Origin: Rhynchobatus australiae
Taxonomy: Eukaryota
Assembly (NCBI GenBank): GCA_034780895.1
Contig: JAUZTB010000087.1
Location: forward strand, 71,566,583-71,630,582
Reading direction: 5' to 3'
DNA: 64,000 bases
Notes under the pieces: model-generated
What the model was told of the DNA's origin: nothing
The model's database searches: none
What the model saw: only the letters and a program-made list of their open reading frames with translations
Made by a program: the position numbers and the translations under genes
Part shown: positions 24,346 through 38,370 of the stretch, piece after piece
How the letters are laid out: each line of letters opens with the position of its first letter
Position numbering within the stretch: the stretch's first letter is position 1

Positions 24346-26879
24346 TTGGCTTTCAAAATGGTTCCCTGAAATAATGATGCAGTCTACAAGATTGTTTAAA
24401 CCAATTGTGATTCCTATTACATGAATAGATTGCAACTAAGTTCCAGCAATGTTAAAATGGCATCAAGTACTGTATGCAGAAAACTGAGTCAGGACCATCT
24501 TACACCAGGAACCTGCCCCTGTTCTCCACTGCTGGAAGTTCCTGTCAGTTAAGGAGCTTTAAATAAATGGATGGAAGTACTATGATTTGCACTGCAATTG
24601 GATTTAATGCATCTTGAAACATTACTTGTTTTGTTCACCTTGTTATTTTGCAAGTGCAACAAACACCAGCTTTAAAGCGACACTGTATCTATCAACGAGT
24701 GCTTGGCAAATACTTTTTTTTGCAGAGACAAAGAGAAACATCCATCATGCTCACTATGTTGACTTGAAATATAAACAACACAGTGATGTATTTTGACATG
24801 GCTTATATTTTTCTCTTGTCATTTGAGACAAGAGAATAACAAGAGGTTTACGACTCAATTATTTTATGAAGACAATGCTGTAAAACAAAGGTGTAAATTT
24901 ACAATACTGTCCCCTAACATTTTCCAGTTCAATAATCTTGTTTTATGCCTGCAGTTTTCCGACATGATGCGAGCCATGGCTCTTGCATCCCAGAGTCTGG
25001 AAGTTGTGGATCCAACCCCTACGTGGTTCATGCTGACACTGAGCAAGTGCTCACTACCAGGGTCTCGAGAAGGAAACCTGCCTTAAAAGCCAGAATGAAC
25101 AACTTTGAGGGACTCAATAGATGGACTATCAAGTATGGTGCAGTGGCATGTGGTCCAAGAAGATGCCCTGTTTAATCTTTGAATTCATCAACTCGTTCAA
25201 AGCAACAACAAGTGGTCTTAGTCTTCCATTGGCTTAAATGCCAGGAGAGGGAGGGGTTGGGAGGAGGGAGCAGCAACCTTCATTCTTAACCTAATTGCTA
25301 ACCTCATCCCTCTTTCAGAGAGATCCAAGTGAATGAAGGTCTTAGCTGTGACTGTTCCCAGTGCTAAGTACTCTCCTTACAATTGGTCTTTGGACTCGTC
25401 TGCAAACATTGGTCATATCAGCGTAGTGGTGACACTGTGCTTATGTTCAGTAATCCAGGTGTCATCAAGCCAGTGTCAGTTCCCGATCACCACATGCATC
25501 CACGCTCTCTAAACTATGAGGTATACTCTTGATCAAGGAGATCTGTGTTTCAGCAAGCTTTGGGAATAAAAATTGTTTAAAGCAAATGAGCAGTTGAGAA
25601 AAACAGGCTGCCAATAGTCAAAAAAATATTTTCAAAGCTGATTAAGGTCAGGTCTCAGTATCTGGGCTCCTAAAGTACTGCAGAGGTGGTAATGTTCTTC
25701 CAGGGCTCTGGAAAAAAAAATATCTACAGTGCAATTGAGGATATTTTAAAATAGAAATCACACCACCAAATGGATCTAAGGTCATTACAATGCTGGATGG
25801 CAGGTATGGGTACAAACACATTCTAATGAACATCAGGACAATATAATCAAGAATAGTTCGCAACTTTCTCTTGGGAGTGCAGCCTATGGACTTACTTTAA
25901 CCTGATAGCTAACCCTTGTATTAGATGAGATATGCAAAGATCTCCATAATCCCTCTCATTTTTTGGTAAGATAACCTAGAAGTTGAAGGATGGTGTGAAT
26001 TATGTGGCCTGATACTGGGATGCTGGTGTGCAAAAATTGCAAAAGTGATGTGAAGTAACCANNNNNNNNNNNNNNNNNNNNNNNNNNNNNNNNNNNNNNN
26101 NNNNNNNNNNNNNNNNNNNNNNNNNNNNNNNNNNNNNNNNNNNNNNNNNNNNNNNNNNNNNNNNNNNNNNNNNNNNNNNNNNNNNNNNNNNNNNNCCACA
26201 TAGAAACTATCTAACCTGATTGTTTCATTCATAGCTCCAGTGAAGATGGATTCAGAGGATGCTGAAATGGAGGGAGACTCAGACTTTAGATTGACAATTC
26301 AGGGTTAAGAAGATAAATATCTCCGAGATAGGTATAATTAAATATAGCAATAAAGGAATTTTATGTCCATATTTTAAATGACAGCTTTCTGTACATTGCT
26401 GTTTCTTTATCTGTATCATTATTCAGCATTTCAAATATGTTGCAATCTTTTGAATTAGTATTTCCTCATGAAATGTTTTTTCCATATCAGAATGGCATAG
26501 GCCTTGGATAGACACCTTGTGAGGTAAGATTTTTTCCCATCAAAATTGGGCCTTGCCAAAATGAAAGACACCAGATGCAGTTTTGCTGAAATTGTGCTTC
26601 TGAAGTTGTGCGTCAGACCGCAGGTGGGATGGGGTAACTGAGAAAAAATGACAGTTGTGTCTCCACTTTATCTAGGATAGTATGGTTGCTCCTCATCTGA
26701 TGACATCATAGCCTCCAAATGAACATTCACTAATCTACAATCCAATCCATATACAGTGCTGTCAATAAATTGCAAAACATCAGTTCAATCCAGCCAGACT
26801 GCAAGAAAAGCTAAGGATTTTTATGGCATTGTTTGCCCCTGAGGTTTCAATGGGCTGTTCAATGACTCAAGCTTAACAA

Positions 26880-28530
26880 TTAAGAAATGTGTCTCTTCCA
26901 TACTGTGGAATGAAGAGTTGCACCAACTTAAAAGACAAAGCCTCAGAACAGACAATGCCCCTGCTGAATTTCCAAGGCTCAGTGAGCAGCTTCAGCACGG
27001 ATCCATAATCTCATCATCCACATCTGGGAAGAGGAGGATGTAGCAGGGGACCTCAGAGATGCCGGAATCGTGACCATCCTCAAGAAAGGAAACAAGTCTG
27101 ACTGTAGAGGGATCTCCCTGCTGTTTACTATGGGGAAATTCATTGCCAGGGTTGTCCTCAACTGGTTCCTCCCAGTGGCTGAAATGATCCTCCCCAAATC
27201 ACCATGTGGACTTTGTCCATCTACAGGCAGCCTCGGGCATGATTTACATTGTGAGCCAACTTCAAAAGAAATGCAGGAGTGGCATTAACCACTACATGTA
27301 GCCCTCTTCAACCTCTCTGGACCTTCTGATTTCATCAGCTGGGAAGGAATGTGGAACACCCTCTTCAAATTTGGCTGCCAACAGAAATCCATTCCATCTT
27401 ACACTTTTTTCCATGGTTGCCTGCATGCTATGATCCTAACCATGGGTCCATCTGAGCCAATCTCAGTTAAGGCCAGCGTCAAGCAAGACTGTGTCATTTG
27501 CCTGACACATTTTTCCCCCCAGTCTTTCTTGCTGTAATGCTGCACCTCATGNNNNNNNNNNTGGGTTTGGAAGCCAAGCTCCAAATCATCATTGACTCAT
27601 TCACTAAACCATAAAAGAGTGCCTTACACTCAAAATCTGCAAGGCAAAAGGTCCTCTACCAACCTGCATCCACTGTACAACATTTCTCTCCAAAATTAAA
27701 GGTTCAGAGACAGTTGGGAAGATGTGGATGACTTCCCATATTTTGGGACCTACTTCTCAAAGTAGACATGGATGATGACATTCACCAACATCTTCAGTGC
27801 ACTAGCACAACCTTTGGTCAATTAAGGAGAAGGATATTNNNNNNNNNNNNNNNNNNNNNNNNNNNNNNNNCATGGTTTATTGGGCAGCAGTGATCCCTGG
27901 CCCTCTATGCTTTTGAGATCCAGACTACCTACAAAAGGCACCTCAAGACACTGGAAAGATACCAGCAATGTTACCTCTGCAAGGTCCTCCAAATCCACCA
28001 GAAGGATAAGCAAACCAAGATCAGCATCTTCGCCCAAGCCAACATCCCCAGCACAAAAGTCCTAATTACACATGGTCACATTATTCATGTGCTTGACACC
28101 AAACCCTGAACAGCCATTCCAACTTCTGTCATTACCAGATGGACAGACAAAAAGATTTAAGGATGTGTTCAAAGCCTCCTTCAAGAAATGTAACATCTCC
28201 ACTGAATCTTGGGAATGCCTAGCCCCCGTGGCTGTTCAAAATGAAGGACCAATATTTGAGATGGCACTGAAAATGGGGTCTACCCTTTGGGAGTGCTGCA
28301 AGTTCGTCTGACTGTCCATCAGGAGCACTGGCTTTTGTGGGAGTACACAGAAGCCAGTGTAAATGCCAGAAAGAGTGCACCACCTCACAAACTATTCAGC
28401 CCCATGACCCATCAGGCACCTGCTGCCCCATCTCAGGAAGTGTATGTGGTTCCCACATTGGCCTCGTCAGTCACTTAGTACTCACGGAACTGGAGTGGAA
28501 GCAAGTCATCCTTAATCCCAAGGGACTTCC
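26880..28530 (+). mobile_element. RTE LINE (RT to 3' end), frameshifted
   Basis: IWEEEDVAGDLRDAGIVTILKKGNKSDC-RGISLL, VKQDCVI, KRFKDVFKASFKKCNI, CPISGSVCGSHIGLVSH. Confidence 0.92.
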
Positions 28531-28924
28531 TTCCCTGTATTGGATGGGTAAATTCAAAGATAAATTATGTAAGCTTCTGAATAGTCCAAATACTGTTCAT
28601 ATGCAAGAGAAGTATGTCATGAAATGTTATCCCAAGGAGGGAACTGTAGTAACATCCCACCAAAATCGCACCAGTATATACAGAACAATCAGCTGGGAGG
28701 TCACGAGTCTAAGAGGAAGGAACACTTGATGGAGATAAATTGATCACTAGCTCCAGGGCTGCAGTGCACAGGACATCAGAAGAGCAAAGGTCTCAGCAGC
28801 TGGAGATAAACAGATCGCACATTATGGCTGCTTGCAAGTTATACACCTGTGCAAGCTTAGCTTCAANNNNNNNNNNNNNNNNNNNNNNNNAAAGGAGTTA
28901 AACATCTCAAGAAGCAACACAAAC

Positions 28925-29440
28925 TGGAAATCTGAAATAAAAACACAATTCAACACCTGCCCTTTCACCTCTTTCCTTTCCACCATCCAGTGACTCAATC
29001 AGCAGCAATTCTTTTATAGCTCTTCCAATTTGATGTACTGTACTCTATGCTCACAATTTTGTCTCCTCTGCATCAAAGAAACTTGATGTAAATTGGGTGA
29101 TCACTTTGCAGGACACCCCTGTTTAGTCTGCAAGGGTAACCCTGAGCTTCCAGTAGTCTGTCATTTCAATTCTCCAGCCCACTCCGACTGCAAACTTTGG
29201 CCTCTTCTTATGCTGTTCCAACTGACCTCACTGCAAGCTTGCAGAAGAGCACCTCATCTTCCAAATTGGCACATTACAATCCTGAAGACTTACCACAGAA
29301 TTCAATAATGTTAGATAACCAGCGTTTTCAGTTTGTATCGGAAATGGCAAGTCCTGATGAAGTGTCACTGCCCTAATAAGGTAATCTTATTTCCCTCTCC
29401 ATAGATGCTGCCTGGCCTGCTGAGTATTTCCAGCTTTCTT
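28925..29440 (+). mobile_element. Penelope-like element remnant (GIY-YIG domain and pLTR)
   Basis: SSSNLMYCTLCSQFCLLCIKET, LGDHFAGH...LPVVCHFNSP; terminus gtcctgatgaag...atagatgctgcctggcctgctgagtatttccagc. Confidence 0.85.
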
Positions 29441-29879
29441 TTACTATCTTAATTTACTTTGCTCTGAGGTTGTTTGCTCCAATAATACTGTAGCAACACC
29501 CTAAATTGCCTGCGAACAAACACAGCCTATCCCCAAGCTCAAAAGCTTCTGTGAGTAATGGGTGAGTTCTTTGATCCCATCCCTCCATTTGTTCATTGTT
29601 TTCCTCCATTGGATATGAATACCCATATAACATGCCTAAGATATGTCAGTTTCTGCTGAAGCACCACGGCCTCAAGGGAAAAAAGTAGGTTTTCTTTGGC
29701 TTAGGGCTAAATGCTGACTGCTATTTTGGTTCTTGTTATGTGTGGGATTTTGAGCTTCTCCAGAAATCCAATTAATTGAAGCTTCTTCCTCTCACCCTTT
29801 GCTAAAATCCAGTTCTCACATCTGCACACCACTGTTGGGAAAGCTACTTTTATTCTATTTGCTGCAGCAACATTGTTAT

Positions 29880-31350
29880 CTGGTTATGTTCCACCATGTG
29901 TGGTCCAAGGGCCTGAAGCAGAGACAGGAGTTCAAATCCCAGCACATCAGCTGGGGAATTTAATTCAGTGAATTTAGATAAAATACAAGACTTGTAAATA
30001 CAAAACTCGTGTGGGGAATGATGGCCATGAATTGTCAGACTGTATTACAAACATGAATAATGTTCTGTTACAGCCCAGTCAACCTTGCAAAGTCCTCCTC
30101 ATAAACACCTGGGGACTGGTACCTAAATTAGGACAGCTGTTCTATAGCAACAGCTTGACGTTGTTGTACTTATGGAATCATTCCTTACAGACAAATGTGC
30201 CATATCTTCCATTACATTCTCTGAGTACATCTCGTTCCACAGAGAGGGTAGACCCACGATGGGAAACGGGTGAGAAGTAGCAGCCTTTGGAGTCCTCAAC
30301 ATTGACTCCAGACTCGATGAAGTCTCATAGAATCAGGTCAAACATGTGTAGGGAAACCTGTTCCTGATCACACCTATGGTCCTCCTTCAACTGATCTATT
30401 ATCAGCCAAGTCTCAATCGTCAGAAAAGTAATGGAAGCTGTGGTCAACTGTCCTATCTAGTAGCAAATGCCCATTAATAACCTACTCAGTGATACTCAGC
30501 TTGGGTACACCACTCGAATCCAGACCCCATCACAGCCAAATATGGATCAAAGAGCTGAAATCCAGAGAGGATGTGCAAGTGACTGCCTTTGACATCAGGA
30601 CAGCATTGAACTGAATGTGGCATCAAGGAGCACTGATAAAACTGAGATCAATGGGCATTAGGGGAGAAACACTCCAAAGGAGGATTGCTGTGGCTCTCGG
30701 AGGTCAATCATTCCAGAGTGAGACAGAGAAAAGATGATCTAGCCACTGATCGGAAACTCAACTGGATCAGCTACATAAACATTATAGTCACAGGGCAGGT
30801 CAGAGGTTGGGTATTCTGTGGTAAGTACCTCACCTCCTGACACCCCAAGGGCTTTCCATCATTCACAAGACACAAGTCAGGATATACTTCACGTCCTGGA
30901 TGAGGACATCTCCAATGATTCTCAACAACCTCAACAGCATCCTAAACAAACTGCTTATTCGATTGGTACCCCATCAATGACATTCATTCTCTCCACCACT
31001 GACACAAAGAGGTGGCAGTGTGTACCACGTACAAAACATACTGCAGTGAGACAGCCAGACTACCCTGACATCACCTCCAAAACCCACACTTTCCAATACC
31101 AAGGAGGACAAGGGCAGAAGATGGATGGAGTACAAGAGATCGCTTCTGAGTCACACACATCCTGACTTGGTAATATATCATTGTTCTTACATTGTCATTG
31201 GGTCTAAATCCTAGAACTCTCTACCCGGCAGAACTGTGGGAGTAGCTTCATCAGGAGAACTTCAGTGGTTCAAGATGGTTCACCAAAGACAATTAGGAAT
31301 GGACAATAAATGCTGGCCGTGCCTGCACCATCCAGATCCCGCAAAATGAA
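29880..31350 (+). mobile_element. Family-A SINE head abutting an internally deleted family-B LINE
   Basis: gagttcaaatccc B box at about 29930; NTWGLVPKLG (endonuclease N-terminus); VTAFDIR; tail ggacaataaatgctggcc. Confidence 0.75.
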
Positions 31351-31389
31351 TATAAACTAAAGAAATCTTTACCTAGTCTGGCTTGTAAA

Positions 31390-32320
31390 ATAAATATCAG
31401 GAGTATGCTGCATGGCCCCTGGAGTTTGCTCTACATTGAATAAGATCTAATCTTGGCTTGGGTTCAAATTTCTTCCTTATTCCACATAGTCAGGTTGTTG
31501 GTCTCCAGAGCAGTCAATGGTTAAGTCAACCTAGAATATATTCAAATAATCAGCTTCCACTGCTCTCTGGGGTAGGGAATTCCAAAGATTTATGACCCTT
31601 TGGAAAAGTAATTTCTCCCCTTCTGCAACTTAAATGATTAACCTCTGAATCTCAAACAATACTGCCTAAGTTTGGATTCTAAAACAAGGAGAAACACCTT
31701 TTCAGAGTCTATCTTGTCACATCCCTCTGGCTCTTATGTTGCAATAAGATCACTTCTACTTCTACTAAACTCCAACAAGCATAGGCTCAACCTGATCAAT
31801 TATTCTTCGAAAGAGAACCCCCTCATTCTGGGAATCAACTTGAGTGAATCAGCTCTGAACAACCTCCAGTGGAAATTTACCTTAAACAAGGAGACCAAAA
31901 CTGCATACATTACTCTCGGTGTGCTCTCATTAATGCCTTGCGTAGCTGTGGTAAGTCAATAAAAGGCCAACATTCAACATTCATAATTACCTACTAAACC
32001 TACTTGATAATTTTCTGCATTTCATGCACACAGATTCCTGTACACCACAGAAATCCACAGTCTCTCCATTCCAACATGATGAACAACAATTGGCTTTTCC
32101 AATCTTCCTTCAGAAGAGGACAGTTTCCCTCTCCCCATATTATACTTCATCTCCCAAAATTTTTCCTCACTTGTTTAACCTATCCATTATCCCTTTGAGA
32201 TACTTTGTGACTACCTCACAAGTTGCTTTCCTACCCATTTTTGTTTCACCAGCAAATTTGCTCCAACACAGACCATCCCTTCATGCAGGTCATTAATATA
32301 GATGGCAACTCCAGGTAAAC
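31390..32320 (-). mobile_element. Old CR1 LINE fragment
   Basis: Reverse CR1 tail and ORF2 remnants (ggagaccaaaactgcatac, tcaccagcaaattt). Confidence 0.75.
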
Positions 32321-32510
32321 AGCACTGGTTGACTCTCAACTACCCTCTGACCCTGCAAGCCACTCAAGTCAAGGGGAGTTCAGGATGGGCAATAAATGTT
32401 GGTTTTGTCAATGATACTTGCATTCTAAGATGGAAATATTAAAGGAGACAGATTCCCAATGACTTGTTGGCCAGACTCTTCAGTAAAGGAAAGTAGAAAA
32501 CTTTCCTACT

Positions 32511-32780
32511 GGGGTGGCACGGTAGCTTAGCAGTTAGCGCAACACTATTACAGCACCAACGGTCAGGGTTCGATTCCCGTCACTGTCTGTAAGGAGTTTG
32601 TACATTCTCCCGTGTCTGCGTGGGTTTCCTCCGGTTTGCTCCCACATTCCAAAGACGTATGGGTAGGTTAATATGGGTTTAAAATTGGGCGGCGCAGACT
32701 CGTTGGGCTGAAAGGGCCTGTTACCACGCTGTAAATAAAACTTTAAAAAAAAAATTTTTAAATTTTAAATTTTAAAAAGA
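32511..32780 (+). mobile_element. Young full-length V-SINE with CR1-type tail
   Basis: A-box region tggcacggtagcttagcag, B box GGTTCGATTCC 32567-32577, V-domain, tail ttgggctgaaagggcctgttacc, A/T-rich end. Confidence 0.9.
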
Positions 32781-34299
32781 GAAGAAACCCTGAAAACTTA
32801 GAAAGACAAATTGAACATATAGAATATTGTGCTGTAATCCCTAAAGACGTTACTGAATCATCCAATAGAATCATGGCAATCATCGCTGACACAAGTTTTA
32901 TTCAAACATTATATTTTACTTCCTGCTGGGTGCATTGGCAGAAGATTCACCCGGTCAACAATTTCCAGACAAGTCAAACTCATAACCATGCACCTTTATA
33001 GAATTCTGAGTGATCTTGTTTTTATTTTGGACTTCAGGAAGCAAAGGATATTTTGAAAATCCACATTCCTGCTGAACATTAGCTTTACACATGTTCAAAG
33101 GAAGTATTCTACAATAGAAATCATTAACAATTGCCATTTCACATTGCAAACAGAGAATTATGTGGAACCTGTTACGATACTCTATTTCCTCATTTGCCAG
33201 TGCAAAAGCATAACTTAAGCATTTTAACCTTCTCCATTTCCACGTGTGCATATTGCTCTCACTGATCAATGAAAAATCATTGCAGTCCTTACACTCCCAC
33301 TTCCAACATCCATTGCTGTTGCCCAGTCAGCCCACAGCATCCCTCTGACATTATGTTGATTCATGAGAGCTTGACCAATTCAGAACATTGTGACAAGAGT
33401 TCTTGTGGGATTTTTGAATATCTCATTGTCTTGCCATTTCTGTGATTTTGCAGCCTGTTCAATTCATACACAGCAATTGTAAAGCTAAGCAAATTTTCAA
33501 GAATCCAAAGTATGATGAGTACTTTACAAAGAAAAGTACACTATCATGAGGCAGAGATAACAGAAAGACATTCTTTTGGTTTTCTTCTTCTATCTGAAAG
33601 AAGGTGCAAGCACAATATGTTTATTTAGCATTGGGCCTGCATTCTGCTTTAACTGTTGCCTCCAAACCTGTTCATGCTCACCTGCAACTGCCTTAAAGGG
33701 GCACAATTTAAAATTGTTCCTCTCACTGGGAAATAATATTTTGAAATGTTTCAGGAAGGAGCATTGAAAACTATTGCAAAGGATAAAATGATTGACCAGA
33801 ACAGAACATTTGTATGATCTTTTAGTTGTAGATTGTCACTGAGCAGCCTCACTCAGAGTATGAAACATAAATTGTTGCACATTTAATTTTTTATAAACAA
33901 AACAGACAAGGAATTAGAATTGGGAAGTTTCCAAGTGAAATCTTGTTAATTGACACTATTGTGATAGGTATAGTATTGGACCACTATAACATATTTGTGA
34001 ATGTTGTCATCTGCGAAGGCAGCTGTGGATAGTTTTGGATTGACATCGGCTATGATCCACGAGACATAACCATAAGGATGAACAGTTATGTTAAACCTCA
34101 GTGATATCACTAGGGGAGGACAGATGCAGTGCTCCTCAACAACTGGCCACGAAACTCATTAAGAACTGGTGTAGTCAGCTTTTCAGGATGTCTTGCTTGT
34201 ATTTTTTTTAGGAAGTTAGGTCAACTAAAGCCTTCTTGACACAACACATCGATACGCGGATGCACCACATTATATGGTTGCCATCTAGTCCCAGTTTAG

Positions 34300-34745
34300 A
34301 TAAGTGGTGGTATTCTCACTTTAAAGTCAGAAGATTGTGGGTTTAAGTCCCAGCCCAGAACTTAGGGTGATACTTGCTGTAGTAGTATAATATTGTCTCT
34401 CAGCTGAGGTGTTAAATCGAGTTTCCTACTGCATCTTTAGGCAGATCAAACTCTTGTGACATTTTTCACACAGATTCTCCCGGATTCCTAGTCAATATTA
34501 ATCTAGAATCAAAATCACCAAAAGCATTTAACCTGGTCAATCATCATACTGCCAAAATAGTTCTGATGGGATTTAAATTGGAATTTATGCAGATAAAAAT
34601 GGGAGCTGGCTTAGTCTATCCCACAAACTGGCTGAATGTTTGCCTGCACAATAGTGACTGCACTTCAAAAGCACATCATTGACTGAAGTGCTTTGAGACA
34701 ACCTGCAAACTATGAAAGGCACAACATAAATGCAAGAAATTTCTT
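34300..34745 (+). mobile_element. DeuSINE, decayed
   Basis: agtcagaagattgtgggtttaagtccc head; cacttcaaaagcacatcattgactgaagtgctttgaga...aaatgcaag tail. Confidence 0.7.
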
Positions 34746-37700
34746 CCGATTCCTTCTTAATCAAACAATCTAGGCGAAATGCCACAAAAACTGTAAACAG
34801 ATTCAGAGTCAATGTATGTCAGTGTTGTGCATCACCAGTGTCACACATTTTAGGCCTTTTCATAGATTTGAGTTCATTGATATTGGACACTGCTCTAAGG
34901 AATCCCTATATCTAATGCTAACTAATATACTATCTACCATACTCTAGTGCAACCTACTGTCACCTATTTCTCCTAATATTCAACAGGTAGATGGGGAGGC
35001 TTGAAAAGAGTCAACCATCTATATGAATTGCTAAGTTATGTTTTACATTAATATACAATCTTAATCAAAACTTAATTTAACATCAAACCACTACTTGTAA
35101 GTAATGTTTTTAAGTTAATACTGTTTATCCAGGCCAAGATATCTGCCTCTAACGAGCATGCAACTTAAAATAAATGTTTTACTTTTGTATTAGGCTGAAT
35201 CCCATCTTTCCCCCTCTTTTGAGATTACAACCTACAAGAAGCTCTCTCCCTCTTCACTGATACCCCAGGAGACACATCAATTAAACAGGCCATCTCCCCC
35301 ACAAAATGAATGGATTCTATGTCAGCATCCCATCGTGGACTCAAAGGAATTGATCACCTTAGTGATAAATGGCATGAATGTTCACAGAAATGTGAGACAA
35401 GATAATGGCACAAACTCAACTTTGTTTTAATATCAGCATCATACAAAGAGAGAAAAACATTCATGTTTCATCTCTCAAAACCTCAAACCATTCCAAATCA
35501 TACTACTTCAACGCAAGTGTCAATTTTTTGGATCATTTGTATTTTGGAGAACAACAACAACAACAACTAAGTTGCGTGGAGAAACTGCCTTTGGGCAACA
35601 TGGCTAAATGATGGCCATAAAGCAACTTCAGAGTCAAAAAGAATTTAAAGCATTTACTGTCACACAGAACAATACAAAATAAATAGTTCCACACATGGCT
35701 ACTTCATGCTGTCTTCAGGTCTAATGATGTCTCACACTACTTGCCCAACTATTTCACATTATATTATAGGATAATGTTTCAACTCTGCAGATGAAGAAGT
35801 CAGAATAACTTAAAAAAATGAGAATTCTCCTATATCACACTAATTTTGTCACAAAGACAATATTTGCTAGGTGTCCACATAAATCTTCAATGCATCCACA
35901 GTAACCCAACTGCAATGAGTTATTTGAATCTTAATGGCACATTTGTTATACAGTCAGGTTTTCTGCAAACCTCATAAGCCCACCAGACTTCCTGTTTCTT
36001 ATATATAGAGTCTCCGAGGTCAAATCAAGCTCTAATTTTTTNNNNNNNNNNAGCACGGAGATGATATTCATTGCTTCAAATCCTCCCCTATTTACAACAA
36101 ACATGCTCGTTTCTGACTTTAATTGCTGAAGCACTCACATAAAACAATTAAGAGTTTCTTTCACCCGTTAAAATGACAGCAGCAATATACTGAACATCAT
36201 TGCCTGATATTTGCTCTTTCAGGAAATACATCATATTTATGCTCATTTAAAATGGGCACCTGACATTTCTAGAAAATGGAATGCATAAGGCTGTTCATTG
36301 AAAAAATAATGTTGCATTAAGGTAAGTGGATTTCAGACATTTCTTGAGACTGTTCTAGTTCAATATTTTTTTTCTGCTGACATTTAGGTTTTCATGAACC
36401 CTTCTGCTATTTGTTGCTTCATTCTTTTTGGCCATAGTACAATGGCTTCTGGCAATTGTTTTTTTTTCATATTATGTTCCTATCTGATCTCAGATATGGA
36501 CTGATGCCACTCCGATCAGTTTGCATTTAAGGTGTTCTGTACCATCTGCTTGTGTTGGCACAACCACATCCTCAGAAAATGGTGTAGTTGCATAGGAATA
36601 GGACTGACATAATTAAAGGAGATTTCCTGAAAAAATTAGTTACTTCCAATGGTACTGTATGAAAGATGGCTCTCAAAGGTGATCAATAACAAGGCTAGCC
36701 TGGATGACATGTGCTATTATATCTAGAACTGCTACCAACCATATGTGTAGAGATTGTTGCACTTGCCACATAATAACTGTGGGAATCTGGCTGTAAAAGG
36801 TCAGACAGTAGCCAAACACTGGCTTTGTGCCACCTGCCGTGAGGTTAACCTGCAGCTGCCATGGAGAATAGGTGAGGCACAGCAAGTGACAGAACACATA
36901 AGGGGTTATCAAACATGGTGGTGGGGGATGGGGAAGGAAGGTGGTACGAAATGACTACAGCCTTACGTTTGGATTTTCTTTCTGTTCATTTTTGCCTGGC
37001 ATTTCTTCTCTTCTGATAGACTGCTAAAGGAATAAGAAAGACATTCTTAGCCTTTCCCAAGTGCAGTAGGAAAATTGTTTTCCTTTTCTGACATTTCTCA
37101 GTAAACATCTACATCCCTTAGAAGTTCACGAACCTGTGGTTTCCCATGTCTACAATGGTATGTTCCTCATTTGGGTTTAATTCTGTACCTAATCTCTGTG
37201 TATTTCGGGTAATCCCCACAGAGAAATTGATTCACATTTGACTTTGGATCAAATTATTTGAATGTGAACAACAGTCTGACTGGGAAATGGACACAACAGT
37301 GTCCTTTGCATTTTCTCAAAATGCCCTAGTTGTAAACAATCTATGGATTAAAGAAACAGAATTGAAAGGAATATCAAAAAGTGGAATTTGTGAAACAAAG
37401 TGAGAACTGATTACAGAATTTCCTAGNNNNNNNNNNNNNNTACACACATTGCCACAATCATTTCTCATTCAGTTTCAATTCTCCCCTGCAGAGGCCTGGA
37501 GTAAACTGATAGTTGCTACTAGATCCCAGAACTTGGGGGGACAACTGGTACACTGAGTAGTTCTGAGGTAATACCACAACTAAGACAGCATCTGTATTAG
37601 ATATAAAAACAAATACTGGAAACACACAAACAAAATATTGGACAGCATTTGTAAAATGATACTTAATTCACTTTCTAATGTATTACCCAAACACAAAACT

Positions 37701-38244
37701 GTCTTTTCCACTGCGGATTCTGAGCAACAACCTGCATATTTTCAGTCATTTTCATTACAAAATTCCAGCATTTGTGGGGTTGTTTCTATCTTTGCTTAAA
37801 TATTTCCTCATATGGTTCCATTTGGTTGTCTGTACAATATTTTCATAAATCGCACCACAAACCATTGTATTTGCTCCTGAACAGTGCCGTTATTAGCTTC
37901 TGTCCACTAACACAAATAATANNNNNNNNNNNNNNNNNNNNNNNNNNNNNNNNNNNNNNNNNNNNNNNNNNNNNNNNNNNNNNNNNNNNNNNNNNNNNNN
38001 NNNNNNNNNNNNNNNNNNNNNNNNNNNNNNNNNNNNNNNNNNNNNNNNNNNNNNNNNNNNNNNNNNNNNNNNNNNNNNNNNNNNNNNNNNNNNNNNNNNN
38101 NNNNNNNNNNNNNNNNNNNNNNNNNNNNNNNNNNNNNNNNNNNNNNNNNNNNNNNNNNNNNNNNNNNNNNNNNNNNNNNNNNNNNNNNNNNNNNNNNNNN
38201 NNNNNNNNNNNNNNNNNNNNNNNNNNNNNNNNNNNNNNNNNNTC

Positions 38245-38370
38245 ATTTAAAAAAAAATGTGCTAGGAACATTCAGCCAGTCATGCAGCTTCTGGGAAAGA
38301 GAAATATGCTGACTGACCTGTTGAGTACTTCCAGCACTTTTTAATGTCAGATTTCCACCATTTGTATTTT
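38245..38370. mobile_element. Decayed PLE-derived fold-back
   Basis: Inverted arms tgctaggaacattcagccagtca / tgactgacctgttgagtacttccagca; a weaker copy at about 37605-37775. Confidence 0.6.

Noticed and set aside
32511-32585. A/B boxes as a tRNA gene
   Set aside because: Continues into the V-domain and LINE tail; it is a SINE head and I see no cloverleaf.
33990-34030. AFADD on the minus strand as an RT catalytic motif
   Set aside because: No flanking RT motifs (PQG, upstream Asp); likely chance.
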